This document shows positions 35,097-38,968 of a DNA stretch of 38,968 nt, in pieces. The stretch spans positions 1 through 38,968 of the forward strand of contig JBBIUB010000012.1 in assembly GCA_037440465.1 (NCBI GenBank), in the 5' to 3' direction. This stretch comes from Coprothermobacterota bacterium. Lineage in GTDB: Bacteria > Coprothermobacterota > HKB111. Position 1 is the first letter of the stretch. The number at the start of each line of letters is the position of its first letter. A program made the translations under genes and the position numbers. The notes below the pieces were generated by a model. That model saw only the letters and a list, made by a program, of their open reading frames with translations, was not told the origin of the DNA and did not search any database.

Positions 35097-36016
35097 CTAT
35101 GTTAACCCTTCTTTTCCCAGGTCAGGGTTCGCAGTACTCAGGAATGCATAATAAATGGATGGAATTTAATATTTTTAAAGATACCATCTCTGAAGCTTCT
35201 CATTGCTTGAATATTGATTTTTTATCCCTTCTAAAAAATGGTTCGGAGGAGGAGTTAAAACAAACCTCCATAACCCAACCACTGATTTTAACAGTTAGCA
35301 CAGGTATTTGCCGGGTGATGGAAGATAGGGGTTATAAGGGAAAGGTGGTTCTGGGACATAGTCTGGGTTCATATTCAGCTCTGGTAGCTTCAGGAGTTAT
35401 CTTATTTGAAGATGGACTTAAGATAACCCGTAAAAGAGGTGAGTTGGTAGAAGAGTATCTCGGGCGAGATTTTAAAGGGGGTCTTGTAGCAATAATAGGA
35501 TTAACGGAAGATGAGGTCAGGGAAGCATTTAGAAACCACCCTGAACTGGATATAACCAATATTAATACCCATGACCAGATAGTAGTGGGAGGAAAAGAGA
35601 AAGACCTGGAGCCTTTAATTCTTGAGTTAAAAGATAAAAAGGTAAAAGCTTATAAACTGGCAGTTTCTCACCCCTTCCATACGAGGTATTTAAAGAAGGC
35701 TGTACCTGTTTTCAGAAAATATATATCTGTCTTTTCCTTTAAAAAACCTATTGTCCACTACCTTTCACCCAGTCTGGGTGAAAGGTTAGAAGATGGCGAG
35801 GTTATCAAGGATGTCCTGGCAGAAGAACTTGTTGCTCCTGTAAATTTTGTGAAGGCAGTAAAGAAAGCCAGAGAACTTGGAGCTACCTCTTTTATGGAAG
35901 TAGGACCCAAAGATGTGCTTACAAGACTAATGAGAAAGATTCACCCCGATGCACAGGTTGTTTCTGTTGATTTAGAAGAGGATAAAGTATTGAAAGGAGA
36001 AGGAAATGTCGCTTGA
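35093..36016 (+). CDS. fabD: Malonyl-CoA:ACP transacylase
   Basis: FPGQGSQ, TQP, GHSLG, VSHPFH, EVGP. Confidence 0.93.
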   Translation: MTMLTLLFPGQGSQYSGMHNKWMEFNIFKDTISEASHCLNIDFLSLLKNGSEEELKQTSITQPLILTVSTGICRVMEDRGYKGKVVLGHSLGSYSALVASGVILFEDGLKITRKRGELVEEYLGRDFKGGLVAIIGLTEDEVREAFRNHPELDITNINTHDQIVVGGKEKDLEPLILELKDKKVKAYKLAVSHPFHTRYLKKAVPVFRKYISVFSFKKPIVHYLSPSLGERLEDGEVIKDVLAEELVAPVNFVKAVKKARELGATSFMEVGPKDVLTRLMRKIHPDAQVVSVDLEEDKVLKGEGNVA

Positions 36017-36743
36017 AATAGCATTAATAACAGGGGGTACCAGAGGAATTGGCAAAGCAATAAGCCTTCTTTTTCTTAAAGAAGGTGTGAAAGTAGTGGC
36101 TGTGTACAGAGAAGATGAAGAGGCGCGAAAGGAATTTGAGAAAGAAGCTCAAAAAATAGGGACGGACTATCTGGCTATTAAAGCCGACGTCACAATAAAA
36201 GAAGAAGTATCCAGGTTGGTTTCACTGGTTAAGGACAGGTACGGGCGTATTGATGTTCTTGTTAATAATGCAGGCATAACCCGGGACAACCTTTTTCTTC
36301 GTATGAGGGAGGAGGACTTTCTTCAGGTTATTAATATCAACTTCTTGGGGTCTTATTTTTTGACTAAAGAAGTTTTACCTTTTATGGTTAAAGCACGCTT
36401 CGGTAGAATTATCAATATAGCTTCAGTGGTAGGAATGATAGGTAATGTTGGACAGACCAACTATGCTTCTTCCAAAGCAGCCTTGATTGGTCTTACAAGA
36501 TCTTTGGCTAAAGAGGTAGGAGCATACGGTATTACAGTAAATGCTGTAGCCCCTGGTTATATCAAAACAGAATTAACTGATAAACTATCTGAGGAAACCA
36601 AAAAGGAATACTTAAAAAAGATTCCTTTAAGGAGATATGGCTTGCCTGAGGAAGTGGCGCAAGTTGTTAAGTTTTTGTCTTCACCAGCAGCCAGTTATAT
36701 TAACGGACAGGTGATTGTTATTGATGGCGGACTAACCGCTTAA
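36006..36743 (+). CDS. fabG: 3-oxoacyl-ACP reductase
   Basis: [31 protein letters not shown]. Confidence 0.95.
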   Translation: MSLEIALITGGTRGIGKAISLLFLKEGVKVVAVYREDEEARKEFEKEAQKIGTDYLAIKADVTIKEEVSRLVSLVKDRYGRIDVLVNNAGITRDNLFLRMREEDFLQVININFLGSYFLTKEVLPFMVKARFGRIINIASVVGMIGNVGQTNYASSKAALIGLTRSLAKEVGAYGITVNAVAPGYIKTELTDKLSEETKKEYLKKIPLRRYGLPEEVAQVVKFLSSPAASYINGQVIVIDGGLTA

Positions 36744-36767
36744 AATATTATAGGAGGAATTAGAAAA

Positions 36768-37049
36768 ATGAATCGCGAAGATGTTTTTGGAATTATTAAA
36801 GAGGTAGTAGTTGAGAAACTCGGTGTTGATGAAGATATCGTAATTGAAGACGCTTTATTCATAGGAGATGTGAAAGGTACCCCACCTGGTTTGGGAGCTG
36901 ATTCATTGTATCTCGTAGAGATAGTGATGGAGTTAGAAGACAGGTTTAAAGAGTTCAATCTCAGAATAGAAGATGAGGATTTACCCAAAATAAGAACAGT
37001 TAAGGATGCTGTAGATTACATTGCAATTAGAATTGTGACGAGTGACTAG
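36768..37049 (+). CDS. acpP: Acyl carrier protein (with insertions)
   Basis: LGADSL phosphopantetheine site, acidic, TVKDAVDYI; between fabG and fabF. Confidence 0.92.
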   Translation: MNREDVFGIIKEVVVEKLGVDEDIVIEDALFIGDVKGTPPGLGADSLYLVEIVMELEDRFKEFNLRIEDEDLPKIRTVKDAVDYIAIRIVTSD

Positions 37050-37064
37050 TAAATTAAAAATCGT

Positions 37065-37080
37065 AGAACCCTCGAACCCT
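37065..37080. repeat. Two-unit remnant of the 8-bp tandem repeat
   Basis: AGAACCCT-CGAACCCT matches units at 14990-15002. Confidence 0.4.
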
Positions 37081-37099
37081 TCTTTATAAGGTGTGCTTT

Positions 37100-38353
37100 A
37101 TGAAACGAAGGGTAGTTGTTACTGGTATAGGTGTTATAACCTCCCTGGGGAAGGATAAGGATGAATTTTTCACATCTCTTCTTGAAGGTAAATCAGGAAT
37201 AAGAGAGGTTCCTCATCTCAGGGAAGCAGGTTGCTCTGTTTTTATAGCCTCTCCTGTTTTTGATTTTGACCCTCTGGAATTCATGGAAAAGAAGGAAGTT
37301 GGTAGAAACGACCGTTTCACCCAGTTTGCCCTTGCCTGTGCGGAGCTGGCTTTAAGAGATTCCAGTATTGATTTGAGTAAGAAAGACCCATGCCGGGTGG
37401 GAGTCTATATGGGTGTGGGGTTGGGCGGTATTATGACTCTGGAAGAACAGTACAGTCGGTATTTAAAAGATGGAACCACCAGGGTCTCACCCTTTACCAT
37501 TCCCATGCTCATACCCAATATGAGTTCTGCCCAGATCTCCATTAAGTACAGTATAAAGGGACCCTCTCTAATAACCACCACCGCCTGTGCTGCTTCTCTA
37601 AATGCCATTGGTGAAGCCTTTAAGCTTATAAGAGAGGGTAGTCTTGATATAGTTTTAGCTGGAGGTGTAGAAGCATCCATTACACCTTTTGTTATCTCGG
37701 CTTTTAATAATATGAGGGCACTCTCAACCTATAAAGAAGAACCTCAGAAAGCTTCTCGTCCCTTTGACCGGGATCGTGACGGTTTTGTCATGGGAGAAGG
37801 AGGAGGGGTTCTGATACTGGAAGAGCTTAATCAAGCTCTGGAGAGGGGAGCCACCATCTATGCAGAGGTTAAAGGGTATGGCACAAACAGCGACGCTTAT
37901 CACATTACTGCCCCTCATCCTGAGGGAGAAGGAGCAGCTGGAGCTATGGAGCTTTCTCTAAAAGATGCTGGACTTCTACCGGAGGATGTAGATTATATAA
38001 ATGCTCATGGGACTTCCACTCCCCTAAATGATAAGATTGAGTCCCTGGCAATAAAGAAGGTCTTTGGTCCTCATGCTTATAAACTTAAAATAAGCTCTAC
38101 CAAATCCATGATAGGTCATCTACTTGGTGGAGCAGGTGCAGTGGAGAGTGTAGCAACCATAATGTCACTTTATAAAGGTGTTATCCACCCCACGATAAAT
38201 TATGAAAACCCAGACCCTGAGTGCAATTTAAATTATGTGCCTAACACGCTATGGTCACCATTGGAAGGGGAAAGAGGGATAAAGGTAGCCCTCAAAAACG
38301 CCTTTGGTTTCGGTGGTCACAACGCAGCTGTAGTTTATAAAAAGTACCTGTAA
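37100..38353 (+). CDS. fabF: Beta-ketoacyl-ACP synthase II
   Basis: RRVVVTGIG, catalytic TACA, NAHGTST, GHLLG, NAFGFGG; start placed at ATG 37100. Confidence 0.96.
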   Translation: MKRRVVVTGIGVITSLGKDKDEFFTSLLEGKSGIREVPHLREAGCSVFIASPVFDFDPLEFMEKKEVGRNDRFTQFALACAELALRDSSIDLSKKDPCRVGVYMGVGLGGIMTLEEQYSRYLKDGTTRVSPFTIPMLIPNMSSAQISIKYSIKGPSLITTTACAASLNAIGEAFKLIREGSLDIVLAGGVEASITPFVISAFNNMRALSTYKEEPQKASRPFDRDRDGFVMGEGGGVLILEELNQALERGATIYAEVKGYGTNSDAYHITAPHPEGEGAAGAMELSLKDAGLLPEDVDYINAHGTSTPLNDKIESLAIKKVFGPHAYKLKISSTKSMIGHLLGGAGAVESVATIMSLYKGVIHPTINYENPDPECNLNYVPNTLWSPLEGERGIKVALKNAFGFGGHNAAVVYKKYL

Positions 38354-38443
38354 TCTCCCCTGTCCCCTCTAACACCCCCCTTTGTCCCCTCATAAAAAAC
38401 CCCTCTACTCCCCCCTTTCCTAATGGGTAACCTACATTCAATT

Positions 38444-38478
38444 CTCCCCCTTTTCTAAAAGGGGATTGAGGGTGATTA
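38444..38478. repeat. Palindromic intergenic repeat family B, copy 2
   Basis: CTCCCCCTTTTCTAAAAGGGGATTGAGGGTGATTA; 33/35 identical to 27957-27991; preceded by three degenerate inverted tail copies at 38352-38418. Confidence 0.85.
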
Positions 38479-38718
38479 ACTAATCACTGCCTTTTCCATT
38501 AAAGATATACTGTTTTAGTGCCAGCTTTTGCATGTTCAAAAAAATGTTTTATCAAACACTATTATATATATGACCAATTAGTACTCTTTTTTTAGGCTTA
38601 GTGTGGAAATATGACTACTCGTTAATAATATTTGGGATAAAACTTGAGAGGATTGAAAGATGTTGTATATAATAATTAACAATGATGAAGATTATTGTAT
38701 AGATATCAACAACAGTAG

Positions 38719-38940
38719 ATGAACTCATATGACACTCTAATAAATACTAAAATTAAATCAAAAATAATTTATTTAGAAACATTTCTCAGCAGGAGGTTAT
38801 TGGAGAGAAACATCCGGCTACTTCTGTCTCTCCAACTAGGAGAAGTGATTGTGGTTCTAGGGGAGGACGGAAGGAGGATAGAAGAGTTTCTTAGAAAAAA
38901 ATTTAAGGGCGAGTTCACTAAAGGAGAGATAGACTACTGA
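38719..38940 (+). pseudogene. Possible fragment of an NTP-transferase (sugar-phosphate nucleotidyltransferase-like) gene
   Basis: LLERNIRLL..EVIVVLGEDGRRIEEFL resembles the family's beta-alpha segment; N-terminal LAAG motif missing, early stop, window edge. Confidence 0.3.
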
Positions 38941-38968
38941 TCTTCTTTAACCTTTCATGGTAGATTTC

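Noticed and set aside
33136..38353. Missing fabH, plsX and acc genes as evidence of a novel initiation route
   Set aside because: They may be elsewhere in the genome; a single window cannot show absence

Overview
Chromosomal window from an AT-rich anaerobic bacterium; the gene order ppdK-dgt-dnaG-rpoD is Firmicutes-like, but the phylum cannot be fixed from this sequence. Nearly all genes are on the + strand. Four blocks: (1) 147-12814 housekeeping genes: zinc-ribbon protein, RNase HI, polA, coaE, an Fe-S PD-(D/E)XK nuclease, a flippase-like membrane protein, ppdK, dGTPase, dnaG and rpoD, followed by a convergent UbiA-family prenyl-phosphate phosphoribosyltransferase. (2) 14027-27949 a 14-gene redox cluster: two-subunit class I fumarase, malic enzyme, hdrCBA-flxDCBA, a soluble fumarate reductase/succinate dehydrogenase-like Fe-S plus flavoprotein pair with no membrane anchor, and sucCD. 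This is the strongest candidate for an undescribed system, a cytoplasmic flavin-based electron-bifurcating NADH:ferredoxin/fumarate machine covering the pyruvate to succinyl-CoA segment. (3) 28016-29768 small accessory patch: protein phosphatase, a possibly frameshifted hypothetical, TauE and a broken ferredoxin. (4) 29896-38353 D-aminoacylase and nadE, then an ECF sigma/anti-sigma pair tightly coupled to fabZ-fabK-plsY-fabD-fabG-acpP-fabF. Other signals: up to three genes appear to need ATT/ATA start codons, and several intergenic palindromic repeat families are present. No rRNA, tRNA, CRISPR array or transposase was recognised. All calls come from motif recognition by eye; no searches were run.
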